From: a virus
Taxonomy: Duplodnaviria > Caudoviricetes
Virus record (IMG/VR): IMGVR_UViG_3300037512_000871
Location: 11,996 to 75,995 of that record
DNA: 64,000 bases
Reading direction: 5' to 3' (one strand)
Positions within the stretch are counted from its first letter, which is position 1. The number at the start of each line of letters is the position of its first letter. Positions 40,133 to 49,934 of the stretch are shown piece by piece. The notes beneath the pieces are model-generated. The model searched no databases, was not told the origin of the DNA, and saw only the letters and a program-made list of their open reading frames with translations. A program made the translations under genes and the position numbers.

Positions 40133-40209
40133 TGGTCGGGGCAACAGGACTCGAACCTGCGACCTTATGCTCCCAAAGCAAACGCTCTACCAGACTGAGC
40201 TATACCCCG
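40133..40209 (-). tRNA. tRNA-Pro(TGG)
   Basis: Cloverleaf CGGGGTATAGCTCAG...TTTGGGA...GGTTCGAGTCC...CCCCGACCA. Confidence 0.93.
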
Positions 40210-40223
40210 GATTGTTACAATAT

Positions 40224-40252
40224 AATATACACCGCCAAACTACGAAAGTCAA
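40224..40252 (-). promoter_or_regulatory. promoter TTGACT-N17-TATATT
   Basis: Consensus match just upstream of tRNA-Pro. Confidence 0.75.
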
Positions 40253-40281
40253 GCGGTGTATCAAAGATTTTTCAGAAATTT

Positions 40282-41151
40282 TTAGAATGAACCACGGAAG
40301 TCTTTATAAGCAGGGAAGATACCGTTTTTCGCCAAGCGTATAATCTCCAACGTTTCATTCTGTAGTGTAGGTCTGTAAATCGCATCCCAATAGTCAGCAG
40401 GGATTTCTTTCATTTTTATCCCTGCGTAACGACCAACTTTCATAATTGGTTCTTTACTCATTGAGAACGTAAACAAACCGTCAGGGTCGATGATATACTT
40501 GTCGTTATTTGACACTGTAAGGAACCATGAAAGTTCACGAGGTTTCCTTACACCGTCATTGAAACGCTCAAGTTGCTTCTCAAACACCTCCCGATAAAGC
40601 GTAGTGTGCATGTCAGGTTCGCCCCTCAACTCAGCCTTACGTGCATTAAAGCCGTAGGGAAATACATCGTTGTAAGCCATGCTGAGATATTGCTTGCCTC
40701 TGAAATGAAGACCACGAGCAACCATTCTTATCCGGCTTATATCGAGCTTACCTGCAATACTGAAAGCACCTCGGTTATCTGTCTGATATGCCTTACGGAG
40801 TGGCAGACAAACATCGTATTCAAGATTGTTTCCGCACAGAATACAACCTTCAAGGTCATAATTCAGTTCGGTAGCAACAAGACAGAAAAACTCGCCCTGA
40901 TTCTTGATGGTGCTGTAAGTCAACCCAACATCAGACCAGCCATTTTCCGCTTTTGTTATTTCGAACGGTGGGTATACAATGAACTGCTTGTTGTGAAGTA
41001 CCTTGCTCTCATCGAACTTGTACTCCACAACTTTATACTCAATATAGACTGGGTACACGTCCTTAGTGCCTCGTGTACCTACCTTGTGAGCATAGCAACA
41101 GTGAATATAGGCTATCTTGTTTCCGTCAAGCCAGTGATTTACTTGGAACAT
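40282..41151 (-). CDS. degenerate DnaQ/ExoX-like protein with DUF3820-like C-terminus
   Basis: LCGNNLEYD (Exo II-like); C-terminal MKVGRYAG..MKEIPADYW. Confidence 0.45.
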   Translation of the reverse strand: MFQVNHWLDGNKIAYIHCCYAHKVGTRGTKDVYPVYIEYKVVEYKFDESKVLHNKQFIVYPPFEITKAENGWSDVGLTYSTIKNQGEFFCLVATELNYDLEGCILCGNNLEYDVCLPLRKAYQTDNRGAFSIAGKLDISRIRMVARGLHFRGKQYLSMAYNDVFPYGFNARKAELRGEPDMHTTLYREVFEKQLERFNDGVRKPRELSWFLTVSNNDKYIIDPDGLFTFSMSKEPIMKVGRYAGIKMKEIPADYWDAIYRPTLQNETLEIIRLAKNGIFPAYKDFRGSF

Positions 41152-42421
41152 TAATATTCTCCTGTTTGATAAGGCTGTCGATTGCCTTTATGACACGTTC
41201 AGGATTGATGTTCTTGGTGCATGTGAACTTACTTGCTTCAAGCCCATTACGTTCCTTGAGTAACATATTTCGTTCTTCCATAGTAGGTGCTTCATATATC
41301 TTGGTCGTGAGTTCGTGTACTTTAACGTCAATACGAGGACACCAAAGCCAAGAATGATGCCAGAATGGAATTGTCATATCACCCCAACAATCCTTACATG
41401 GGCTTTCTTCGTTGAAGACACGATAAGGGGTGTTGAACTCATTTTGAGGTGCTGTGAATCCTGAAATCAACACGACTGGTTTCTGACATGCCCAAGCAAG
41501 CCAAGACAAGCCCGAAGTCATACCGATAAAGAACTCGGCTCCTCGTATCTGATTAACGCGCTCCTGTAATGAATAAGGACCAGTCCAGTCGATTGCTTCT
41601 GGTGGTGCTTTCTGATAGGAACCGGGTATGCCAACCACACGTTCCTTATCAATACACATCACGTCAAAACCGAGGTGCTTCAGATATTTGATAACCTCAG
41701 TCCAGCCATAAGGATTCCACCAGAGTTTACATCCTTTACTGCCCGAATAACCGATACAAACATAAGGACGTTTGTTTTTTATTTCCTCTGTTGCTTTCAG
41801 GATGGGTGGTTCTGGTTCAACATTATTCGGAAGACCTAATATGTTAGCAGCTAAACGGTTTAATCCATGCTGTTGATAAGGAAGTTTACCCCAAAATGGA
41901 GCCGCATCCTTATCGAAGAAGATGCCGATAAAATACGTAGCGTATATGGGTATCTCTGACAGCATGGATTCGTCAGACACCATTGTTATCCAAGGGTAAT
42001 TCGGTCCAAAAAGCTCAATGAACCAAGGCTGTGCAAACACAATCGGCTTACATTTATGTTTCTCGATGAACGCAAGCACCTGTGAGAAGTGTGCGATACA
42101 GTCACCGAGTGTCTTATGGGCTATTCTGAATCTGACATACCTATCCTTGCAATCAAACACCGTGGAAAAGGCATCGTTAGTCTTTGTGTTGACTGCATGG
42201 ATTTTCCACTTGATGTAATATTTGGTTGGCGTTGAGAAGTATGCACCGGGAGCAAGCTCAATATGGTAAAGTAAATCACCTGTATCTTCATTATAAAAGC
42301 TGACGTCCCAAGTACCTATGGTATCTTTTGGCGTTTTTATCTCAGCCCCATAATTAAAGCTGAACTGCATCCCGGTAACAGGGTCTTTCAGTAATTTTAT
42401 ATCGTCTTCAAATTTCTCCAT
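41126..42421 (-). CDS. autotransporter O-heptosyltransferase (TibC/Aah family)
   Basis: FNYG, KYY..W, TLGD, PYVCI, K.W.NP.GW, FFIGMTSGLSWLAWA..KPVVLISGF....EF.TPYRV and CxxC..C..C iron-finger cysteines. Confidence 0.9.
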   Translation of the reverse strand: MEKFEDDIKLLKDPVTGMQFSFNYGAEIKTPKDTIGTWDVSFYNEDTGDLLYHIELAPGAYFSTPTKYYIKWKIHAVNTKTNDAFSTVFDCKDRYVRFRIAHKTLGDCIAHFSQVLAFIEKHKCKPIVFAQPWFIELFGPNYPWITMVSDESMLSEIPIYATYFIGIFFDKDAAPFWGKLPYQQHGLNRLAANILGLPNNVEPEPPILKATEEIKNKRPYVCIGYSGSKGCKLWWNPYGWTEVIKYLKHLGFDVMCIDKERVVGIPGSYQKAPPEAIDWTGPYSLQERVNQIRGAEFFIGMTSGLSWLAWACQKPVVLISGFTAPQNEFNTPYRVFNEESPCKDCWGDMTIPFWHHSWLWCPRIDVKVHELTTKIYEAPTMEERNMLLKERNGLEASKFTCTKNINPERVIKAIDSLIKQENINVPSKSLA

Positions 42422-43362
42422 CAGTTTAACAGCTCCTTAATCTCGGCAAGTTCTTTTCTACCGTCCTTTGTTTTCAGGAGGTCATTTAGGTCTTTTCCAT
42501 ACGACCAATGAATACGGTAGACTTCTGTACGATGTGAGAGTTGGTTTACGAGCTGATGTGCCGCAGATTCACCAGCCGAATCCATATCGTAGGCAACGTA
42601 GACCTTACCGAATGTAGCCAACTCATTTATCTGTTCTCTCGTGAAACAGCAACCGTGGGTATGAACAGCCCCATCACCAACAGACATGGCATCGTAGGCG
42701 GCTTCTGTAACAATAACAGTATCAGCCGGAACGTTATCAATACCCCACAGGAACGACTTGCATGGTATCAACTCTTCGTACTCACAGGCAGTTATGTACT
42801 GTTTCTTGACGTAACTGCCACACTGAAACGAAACAAGCTGACCCTGCAAGTAATTCGGTATCACAATGCAGTTGGCGTACTTGTTTGAATACCGCTGTTC
42901 CTTGACCGTCTTATAATAGGTGAGGTACTGGTCTGCTATGCCTGTTGAACTGAGGTGGTATTTCCTGATTACATCGTCAGCGCAATCAGGAAACCGCTTC
43001 ATCAGGTACTCATAAGCACGAAGAAGCATAGCACCATTCCCCGGCAGTACAACCTCTTTCGGACGCAACGAAATCTCCTTCATATTCTGTTTGTCTATAT
43101 TCTTGAACAAACCATGAAGGATGTGCCTTGTTTCAGTTCGTTTCGTACCGAGCAAGTTGGAGAAAACAGCAATCGTGGAATGATAACCGCACTTGTAACA
43201 GTTGCAGTAACCCTCTTCCAAATTGATACCAAGATGAAAGTTAGTATCACCAGACATGCAGAATGGGCAACAAACCTGAACCCATCCACGCCGACAATGA
43301 TGATTACCTTCAAGTCGATAGTCAATATGGTTATCCTCTAAAAAATCAATCACTAGGCTCAA
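42421..43362 (-). CDS. DNA primase (Zn finger plus TOPRIM)
   Basis: CPFC...CYKC, VTEAAYD, YDMDSAG, KDLND. Confidence 0.88.
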   Translation of the reverse strand: MSLVIDFLEDNHIDYRLEGNHHCRRGWVQVCCPFCMSGDTNFHLGINLEEGYCNCYKCGYHSTIAVFSNLLGTKRTETRHILHGLFKNIDKQNMKEISLRPKEVVLPGNGAMLLRAYEYLMKRFPDCADDVIRKYHLSSTGIADQYLTYYKTVKEQRYSNKYANCIVIPNYLQGQLVSFQCGSYVKKQYITACEYEELIPCKSFLWGIDNVPADTVIVTEAAYDAMSVGDGAVHTHGCCFTREQINELATFGKVYVAYDMDSAGESAAHQLVNQLSHRTEVYRIHWSYGKDLNDLLKTKDGRKELAEIKELLN

Positions 43363-43489
43363 GTCTCACCTCACCGTTGGCTGTGATGTACATTTTCTTG
43401 AAAGTACCGTCTTCATCCTTGTACTCACCCACGTAAACATCGTAGGTATCGGGTGTGGTATCTTCGGTGTTAATCTTTTTATCGGGCAT
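43346..43489 (-). CDS. small hypothetical protein (47 aa, not in ORF track)
   Basis: MPDKKINTED... with RBS AGGAGG. Confidence 0.45.
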   Translation of the reverse strand: MPDKKINTEDTTPDTYDVYVGEYKDEDGTFKKMYITANGEVRLEPSD

Positions 43490-43682
43490 AATTACCTCCT
43501 GTAGTTTTGAGTGTAGACGTCAAGTTTACGACATCCTCATTCTTTGCTGTAAAGCCTGGGTGTGTATTGAAGTTATCTGGAATGTACGAATAACCTGCAC
43601 AGTCATACCCACATTCAGCTTGTGAGTTTGTCAGTTTGCAGTTACCAGTATTAGGGTCGTATCGTGTGCAATTTGTCTTCAT
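43479..43682 (-). CDS. small Cys-containing hypothetical protein
   Basis: RBS GGAG. Confidence 0.55.
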   Translation of the reverse strand: MKTNCTRYDPNTGNCKLTNSQAECGYDCAGYSYIPDNFNTHPGFTAKNEDVVNLTSTLKTTGGNYAR

Positions 43683-43696
43683 AATTTCTCCAAAAG

Positions 43697-43770
43697 TGGC
43701 AGTCCAGCATGGATTTGAACCATGACTGACAGGACCAAAACCTGTTGTGCTACCGTTACACCACTGGACC
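43697..43770 (-). tRNA. tRNA-Gln(TTG)
   Basis: GGTCCAGTGGTGTAACGGTAGCAC...ACAGG TTTTGGT CCTGT...GGTTCAAATCC...GCCA. Confidence 0.92.
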
Positions 43771-43775
43771 GCGTG

Positions 43776-44006
43776 TTATTGTTCGTTTGTTACAGAGCCA
43801 GCCAACATATCGTGTTTAGCCGCTACGTCAAGTTCTTTTGTTATTCCCGGTTCCAATGTATTCAATAGGTCTGCAATATCACTAATGGAATCTTGAAACC
43901 GACGCCCCCATGCATACGTATCACACATGTAGCGATAGAATAACAACTTCAGCAGGTCAACGCAGAAATGTAACTGCTCATTCGTTGTTGGTGGTTGGGT
44001 TATCAT
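43776..44006 (-). CDS. hypothetical protein
   Basis: In operon. Confidence 0.5.
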   Translation of the reverse strand: MITQPPTTNEQLHFCVDLLKLLFYRYMCDTYAWGRRFQDSISDIADLLNTLEPGITKELDVAAKHDMLAGSVTNEQ

Positions 44007-44007
44007 G

Positions 44008-44925
44008 CTATGCCAATACCTTTACTTGATGTTGAAGGTGGTAAGTTAAAAGGTCATATTGATGTTTAGGAACAAACAAACATTCTTTCACAGGGTGCAT
44101 ACACTTCGGTACAGGTCCGAATATTGTGCGGTGGTCAAAAGAGGCAACCTTCAAGAACGTATCAGGCATTTCGTACTCTGATATGAAAGTCAACTGCTCC
44201 TGTTTTCCGCACCAATCGTAAAACGCCTCGTAATCGAACTTTTGATAGTTATACATGCCTGTTCCCTTATACGGAATATCGCAGTAAACCACGCTGTAAG
44301 GCTTTATAACCACGTCCCGATAGTCAAGGGCAGTAATTATAGGTCTTTTGATATTAGCCAGTCTTAAAAGCCGTGTAAAAGCGTTGTAGTGTGGCAATAC
44401 CAAATGAATCGTATCAACCGTAGATGATTGCTCCCTGATAGCGTGTTGAACCTGACTGTATCGCATTTCCAGCGTATAGTAGTCAAGGTTCTTCAGGTGC
44501 TTCAAGTCAATACCGTAACGCTTCATACCTGCTCCGTCACCAAAGAAGACGGCATTGTGGTACTGGCGTTTGTAGTCCTCAATCTCCCTGCTGTAAGCGT
44601 ATGTCCTCCAATTATTACCGAAGGAGAAACAGCATGAGATATAGGGGTCTGTTCTGCGTTTGTACTTGAACTCAGATATGTCAGCAAAGTGGTTCTCGTG
44701 TCTGAAACCATCACTGATTGCCCTGTCGAAGCTGTCCATAACAAACTTATCATTGTCGTTTGTGTAGACAGTGCCGAACTTCAAAGGCATGGTTGTAGCG
44801 TAATGTGAAACGGAACCGCCACCTGCAAACAAATCATAAAAGTTATCTGCGGCTGGCATAACGTCAAGGATTTTTTCGGCTAACCTGCTTTTGCTACCCT
44901 GATAAGGCATACCGTATAGGTTCAT
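44008..44925 (-). CDS. N6-adenine DNA methyltransferase (D12/Dam-like class)
   Basis: PYQGSK, DLFAGGGSV, YCDIPY, FISEY. Confidence 0.85.
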   Translation of the reverse strand: MNLYGMPYQGSKSRLAEKILDVMPAADNFYDLFAGGGSVSHYATTMPLKFGTVYTNDNDKFVMDSFDRAISDGFRHENHFADISEFKYKRRTDPYISCCFSFGNNWRTYAYSREIEDYKRQYHNAVFFGDGAGMKRYGIDLKHLKNLDYYTLEMRYSQVQHAIREQSSTVDTIHLVLPHYNAFTRLLRLANIKRPIITALDYRDVVIKPYSVVYCDIPYKGTGMYNYQKFDYEAFYDWCGKQEQLTFISEYEMPDTFLKVASFDHRTIFGPVPKCMHPVKECLFVPKHQYDLLTYHLQHQVKVLA

Positions 44926-45039
44926 TCCATACCTCCTGCGATAGCTAAAAGTAAGGCAAAGCCTAATATCCCTGCCGCAATCAGGAAGATAAGCATGACG
45001 CAACACCTTACCAGAAAGGCGGCATCTTCTTGTTCTTGA

Positions 45040-45459
45040 TTAGGCATGATTGTACTCTCCTATTTGTAGTATGTAGCCAAGCTCTTTGAAAGCACGTACA
45101 AAAGTGTGTGGTGTTACATTTCTACGTCTGCAACATCTACACGCAATAACGAACGCACTTCTGCCTGAGCGTTTATGGCGTTGTGTGTCTAAAAAGTTAA
45201 ACAGCTCATCCGCATCGTTGGACACAAGTTCCATGTGGTTCGTCAGAATATTACGCACACCAAACACCAGACCCATGACTTTCATTTGTCTGCACAGGGT
45301 TCTAATACGTGGGTGGTATCTCCTGTTCAAAATAGAATGAACTGTCCCTGTATTTGGAAGCCGAAGTCTGTGTATAGCATAGGCGTAATTCCTATGACAG
45401 TATTGCTTGTTGAACGTGTCATAGAACTTATCCATGATGTACTTACCAGCTTCTTCCAT
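45040..45459 (-). CDS. hypothetical protein
   Basis: ORF, basic. Confidence 0.5.
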   Translation of the reverse strand: MEEAGKYIMDKFYDTFNKQYCHRNYAYAIHRLRLPNTGTVHSILNRRYHPRIRTLCRQMKVMGLVFGVRNILTNHMELVSNDADELFNFLDTQRHKRSGRSAFVIACRCCRRRNVTPHTFVRAFKELGYILQIGEYNHA

Positions 45460-45538
45460 ATCAGTACCTTATTTTCATGTCCATAGCGAAGAGGGTGAAT
45501 AAAATCATAATCAAAAGTATGTTTGTGAGATTAATCAT

Positions 45539-45850
45539 TTATCCCTCCGTCACGTTATCAGGGTCCTCTTCCATCGCTTCAAGGCAATCGTCAATACGCT
45601 GAATAAGGCGATACTCTTCTTCAATGCCTTCTTTGAGTTCTCTGAATTTCATATCAAGGAACTCAACCCAAGGATATTCCGTACCATCTTCGTTCTTAGC
45701 ATAAACAGGAGGCGTCATAGCCATATAACCAAGAATCTCGTTCCAGTACATGTTGATAAGAGCTTCGGATTGCTCTCGTTTACTGTGTAATTCATGCTTA
45801 CCTATCCGAGAAAGGTAGCCGTCAAATTTATAATAAGTACCCCAACCCAT
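45539..45850 (-). CDS. hypothetical protein
   Basis: TAATG coupling to upstream gene. Confidence 0.6.
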   Translation of the reverse strand: MGWGTYYKFDGYLSRIGKHELHSKREQSEALINMYWNEILGYMAMTPPVYAKNEDGTEYPWVEFLDMKFRELKEGIEEEYRLIQRIDDCLEAMEEDPDNVTEG

Positions 45851-46062
45851 TAGATTGTCTCCTCGTTTTCCTCACCGACTTCGAGAATAAGTTTGAGCAT
45901 CTCGTTAGCCTGAGAAGCAAGTTTAACATACAAGAAAGCCTGATTGACAACCAAGTCTTTACCAGTTTCTTTCCAACGATACGTCATAGCTTCGATATTA
46001 GCAAGCGTATCACTAATATCGTCTACGTGTTTTTGGACTCGTGCAACAATGTTATCGCCCAT
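45850..46062 (-). CDS. hypothetical protein
   Basis: In operon. Confidence 0.55.
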   Translation of the reverse strand: MGDNIVARVQKHVDDISDTLANIEAMTYRWKETGKDLVVNQAFLYVKLASQANEMLKLILEVGEENEETI

Positions 46063-46063
46063 A

Positions 46064-46351
46064 TTAGATACAACCTCCGCAACACCCTTTAGGTATTTGG
46101 TCGTTCATGGCATCAATAACAGCCTCAGCCATTTCTACGGTTATACCTTTTGGGATATAGTTTTTGTTTAACATCCAATCACCTTCGATAGCATAGTAAT
46201 TACCATCGCTATCACAAGTTATGGACCCGCCTGATTCCCAGAAAGGCTCGAAGCGATAATGTGTGCCGTCAATATCACAATCAAGTGTACCGCGACACCA
46301 ACACCACATCGGACCCTCATAAGAAAGGTTCTCTACTCTGTGTTCTCCCAT
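46064..46351 (-). CDS. hypothetical phage protein (C-terminal GCCGGC)
   Basis: FWESGGS and GCCGGCI motifs; first gene after promoter. Confidence 0.65.
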   Translation of the reverse strand: MGEHRVENLSYEGPMWCWCRGTLDCDIDGTHYRFEPFWESGGSITCDSDGNYYAIEGDWMLNKNYIPKGITVEMAEAVIDAMNDQIPKGCCGGCI

Positions 46352-46386
46352 ACCGTCTCCTTCGTTATGGTTTGTTATTTACAGAT

Positions 46387-46415
46387 AATATAGCACCTTT
46401 TTCTATAAAAGTCAA
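46387..46415 (-). promoter_or_regulatory. promoter TTGACT-N17-TATATT
   Basis: Consensus match plus upstream A/T tract. Confidence 0.75.
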
Positions 46416-46501
46416 GCGGGAATCCAAAAAAATTTCAAAAAAATACGATAAAAGCTAAAATGCCGAACAAGACAAGCCCGAATACCACAGGAACAAAATC
46501 T

Positions 46502-46765
46502 TCAATTAACATTTTTGCGCCCTTTCGTTTTATTTGTTTTATGTTTTTGCGGATAGAACATCTCACACTTACCGTTTTCGTCAGGCTTAAAGCCACACAT
46601 GCTGACAGGATATGGGTAGTCTTTCAACCTATCGGTATTACGACCGCATTTAGGACGCAGTGGACATTCCTTATTACCACAGAAAGTGATGTCATAATCC
46701 CAACTATCGACAACCTCTTCAGTGATGCCGTACAAAGCACAAAGCAATTCAAAAATATCTTTCAT
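46502..46765 (-). CDS. Cys-rich hypothetical protein
   Basis: DITFCGNKECPLRPKCGR. Confidence 0.55.
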   Translation of the reverse strand: MKDIFELLCALYGITEEVVDSWDYDITFCGNKECPLRPKCGRNTDRLKDYPYPVSMCGFKPDENGKCEMFYPQKHKTNKTKGRKNVN

Positions 46766-47022
46766 TTTGTGTTTAACTCCTCTTCTGCTCTCTTGGCGAT
46801 ACGGTTGCACATATCACGCAAGGCAATCAGAGCATCGTGTTCAGTTGCGTAAAGTAATGACATTGGCATAAATACCGTACCAATCGCCTTGTTGATATAG
46901 ACCTTTCCAATCGGGTCTACGTGTTTTGGATAGATGTCAGTAACCAAGACATGTTCAATAGTTAGGTTGGTTGTGCCAAATTTAATATCCGGCATAATCA
47001 ACCAGTATGTTTTAGCCACCAT
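46762..47022 (-). CDS. hypothetical protein
   Basis: RBS GGAGG. Confidence 0.55.
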   Translation of the reverse strand: MVAKTYWLIMPDIKFGTTNLTIEHVLVTDIYPKHVDPIGKVYINKAIGTVFMPMSLLYATEHDALIALRDMCNRIAKRAEEELNTK

Positions 47023-47629
47023 ACTCTTCCTCCATAGCTGCCTCAGAGAAATCCAAATCCTCATCTGGTTTGTCTGTTGTTCTCTTCGATAGCGGTTCAG
47101 TTATGTGTTGACGTTTTGGTTTTGTAAGTGTGAAGCAGGTGGGGAAGCATATCAACTCTTTTGCAAGTTTCATAAATCCCCTGCGTTGCTGTAAGCTGTT
47201 GAAGGCAGGTAGACGCTTATTCATCACAAGACAGCCGACCATAGTACCATGTTCGTTCTTGACACAAGCGGCACATGTACTGCAAATCTTGAAGTCTTTT
47301 TCGATGGACCTGCGTCTCGGTTTCTTCACGCCCTCATTCATTTTGGCGTAACTCTCACCTTCCCACAGAGGCAAATCAGGTGTATACCATTGACCTTTGT
47401 GGTATTTAACGACATTACGAGGTATCAGGTTTTGAACTTTATCGAGGTAGACCCAATAAAGCACCTTGTATTTATCGCAAAACTCATTCCACTCTTCATG
47501 GAAATGCGTATTGCAAGTAACAATCTCGACCTCATACCAATAAGTCGATTCCCTGAAAAGCAAGATACGTTGACCACGATAGGGCATATGTCGTGGGTCG
47601 TTTAGCACTGAATAGTATTCCTTGTCCAT
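47012..47629 (-). CDS. hypothetical protein
   Basis: ORF in operon. Confidence 0.55.
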   Translation of the reverse strand: MDKEYYSVLNDPRHMPYRGQRILLFRESTYWYEVEIVTCNTHFHEEWNEFCDKYKVLYWVYLDKVQNLIPRNVVKYHKGQWYTPDLPLWEGESYAKMNEGVKKPRRRSIEKDFKICSTCAACVKNEHGTMVGCLVMNKRLPAFNSLQQRRGFMKLAKELICFPTCFTLTKPKRQHITEPLSKRTTDKPDEDLDFSEAAMEEEYGG

Positions 47630-47790
47630 TTGATGTTTGTTTTGTTTTTGATTTGGATTAAAAGGTGAATGTACCGACTTGCAACACAGTGCGGACTAAT
47701 GCAAGCACCAAAACACAAGTCTTTACCGAACGGGCATTTAACGCATCTAGTTTCCGTAATGCGCTGTAACATAGAGTTTATCTTTCTCAT
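47602..47790 (-). CDS. small Cys-rich protein
   Basis: CVKCPF motif; RBS GGAG. Confidence 0.5.
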   Translation of the reverse strand: MRKINSMLQRITETRCVKCPFGKDLCFGACISPHCVASRYIHLLIQIKNKTNIKWTRNTIQC

Positions 47791-47817
47791 AACTACTCCG
47801 ATATGGTTGTATGGAAA

Positions 47818-48069
47818 CTACAGATTTTCTATAGTTCTGATACACATAGCCGCAGTGTGTGACAGCTCCTTGATGAGACACTCCTTGAGAAGTTTGCGTT
47901 CATCGTAAGTGGTTGCACTATCAATATCGTTTGCAACCTGTACTGCCTCACCTGCCTCTTCGGACATAATAGCAACCATCTTTACCACATCAGCAGGGAA
48001 AGTCTGGTGCTTATGCTTGGCAAGAGTAAGTTCGTTAAGAATGTTATCAACGATTTCGGTTTGTGTCAT
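47818..48069 (-). CDS. MazG-like nucleotide pyrophosphohydrolase fold protein
   Basis: MSEEAGEAVQ...KELSHTAAMCIR. Confidence 0.6.
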   Translation of the reverse strand: MTQTEIVDNILNELTLAKHKHQTFPADVVKMVAIMSEEAGEAVQVANDIDSATTYDERKLLKECLIKELSHTAAMCIRTIENL

Positions 48070-48399
48070 TTTGTCTCACCTCAGTAGTCTTCAATATCTT
48101 TTACTTCGTTATGTCCATGCAGTATTTCCCATCGTTTCTGTTTGTTAGCGAGAACAGCATGGATAATTGTGGTTAGGCATACAATCGTGGTAGTCCCGGT
48201 AAAAAGTCCGATGAAGGCTAATACGCCAAGAGTTTCGTTACTCATTTTTTTCTCCGTGTGGGTTTTGATTTATGGTTACGGCAGAAGTCCCCAGCATCTC
48301 CGAGTTTCTGTTTGTATAACTTACATTCGGTTTTACACAGCTTGGCTTCTGCAATTTTTGGATATTTGCATGGTCCAGTACAAAGAGAACATTCCCAAG

Positions 48400-48612
48400 T
48401 CATTTTGTCTCAGCTCCGTTCTTCAGCAGTCTTTTGAGTGTATCTGCATTTATAAGGTCACATCCCTCATATTCTGCATTTACGAACAGTGACACCCAAC
48501 CTTTGCAACGAAGATATACAAGAGCCTCACCGTCTTGTACATCAATTCTCGCGTTATGCTTTTCAAACACGCTGATGAGGTCCTCTAAGAGTTGTTTCAT
48601 TTCAGTTGTCAT
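48400..48612 (-). CDS. hypothetical protein
   Basis: In operon. Confidence 0.5.
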   Translation of the reverse strand: MTTEMKQLLEDLISVFEKHNARIDVQDGEALVYLRCKGWVSLFVNAEYEGCDLINADTLKRLLKNGAETK

Positions 48613-48892
48613 CTTTTACTCCAATCGTTTCGTAGAGTTCAGTTTTAAGTTCATAGATAGCGTCATCAATGATTTCTTTAAGACGCTCATCACGAGGACC
48701 AAACCACTTCCTTTTGAAAGCACGAATGGTCTTATCGAGGGTATCTTTTCCAATATCGCAATCAATATACCACTCAACATCGTGAAGAACCTTAGCGAAA
48801 TCAACACATAACGCACTGATTTCACGGTCTTGTATCTGCCGTGAAGCGTCCTCTACTTTATAATAGAGGTAGTCAAGAGAACCGCCGCTCAT
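48602..48892 (-). CDS. hypothetical phage protein (MSGGSLDY type)
   Basis: MSGGSLDYLY...LHDVEWY..CD. Confidence 0.65.
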   Translation of the reverse strand: MSGGSLDYLYYKVEDASRQIQDREISALCVDFAKVLHDVEWYIDCDIGKDTLDKTIRAFKRKWFGPRDERLKEIIDDAIYELKTELYETIGVKDDN

Positions 48893-49058
48893 TTTTGTTT
48901 CTCCTTGAATTTGTTACAGTCAACGGAACAATCATACCAAAGCGGTTTGACGCCCCTCTTTTTAGCCAAGCAAAAGTGTGATTCGTGGATAGCCATAATC
49001 ATACCACCCTTGCAACGAAGATAGGCTTTTCTGATACACCAAGCGCAATCTTTACATT

Positions 49059-49334
49059 TCATTTCTTATCCTTTCGTTGTTTTTCGTGCCAAGATACGAT
49101 ACCCCAGACCGCCATACAGAACTGAACCACGTCAAGTGCCGCCCTGCTATGAAAGCCCAAAGATAAGTCAAAAATCAACCACAAGATGTTACCGAGACAC
49201 CATGCGTAAAAACAAAGAATATTCATTTTTACGTTAAGTACAGTCCCGGCAAGACAAACTACGGTTGCGAATGTAGAAAACTCCTTCCAGAGAAACTCAT
49301 CCGTAACTAAAAATGTAGCGATACAAGGATTCAT
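49059..49334 (-). CDS. small PnuC-like membrane protein
   Basis: Three TM helices; GTVLNV...W..GNILW. Confidence 0.5.
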   Translation of the reverse strand: MNPCIATFLVTDEFLWKEFSTFATVVCLAGTVLNVKMNILCFYAWCLGNILWLIFDLSLGFHSRAALDVVQFCMAVWGIVSWHEKQRKDKK

Positions 49335-49801
49335 TTTTCATCCTCGCTTTCTTCCGTTGGTTTGTTTATACAGCGCAACTCTTCCTTTACCGCCTGAGCA
49401 TAGGCATCGACAATCTCCTCGGCTTTCACCATCATTTGCTTGTGAAGCTCGATTGGGTCACTCCCTGTAAAGGAAACAACTGAGCTTGAAATGTTATGAT
49501 TACCGCCACGAGGATTCTGAAAGCTCTGCGTGATGGTTTCAGCAGACATAACAAGTTTGCCCCCGTCAGAGACATACAGGATGAAACCGCTTAATGGATA
49601 AGGGGCTGACTTGGCAAACATAGGTCTGTCATGCCATTGGTTTATGTAGAGCTTCCATCCGTTTGCGTCGAGCCATCTACACACAGTAGAATTTATAAAT
49701 ACACAATGGATAGTCTTACCCTGCTCTGATTGGTTACGGAGATTGATTTCACCAGACTCCAATAAATAGCCTGTTTCCATATGTGGAATTGTTAAGAACA
49801 T
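49331..49801 (-). CDS. hypothetical protein
   Basis: RBS GAGGTG. Confidence 0.55.
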   Translation of the reverse strand: MFLTIPHMETGYLLESGEINLRNQSEQGKTIHCVFINSTVCRWLDANGWKLYINQWHDRPMFAKSAPYPLSGFILYVSDGGKLVMSAETITQSFQNPRGGNHNISSSVVSFTGSDPIELHKQMMVKAEEIVDAYAQAVKEELRCINKPTEESEDEK

Positions 49802-49934
49802 GGCTTCACCTCAATGGTTAATTCGGACTTCACTTCGGGACAGTCAGCCTCAATGTAAACGCCGTATTCCCTCATAAAGTCCTGCCATCTGTTGTACCAG
49901 TCTTCGTACATTTGAAGGTAATATTCTTCAGCGT

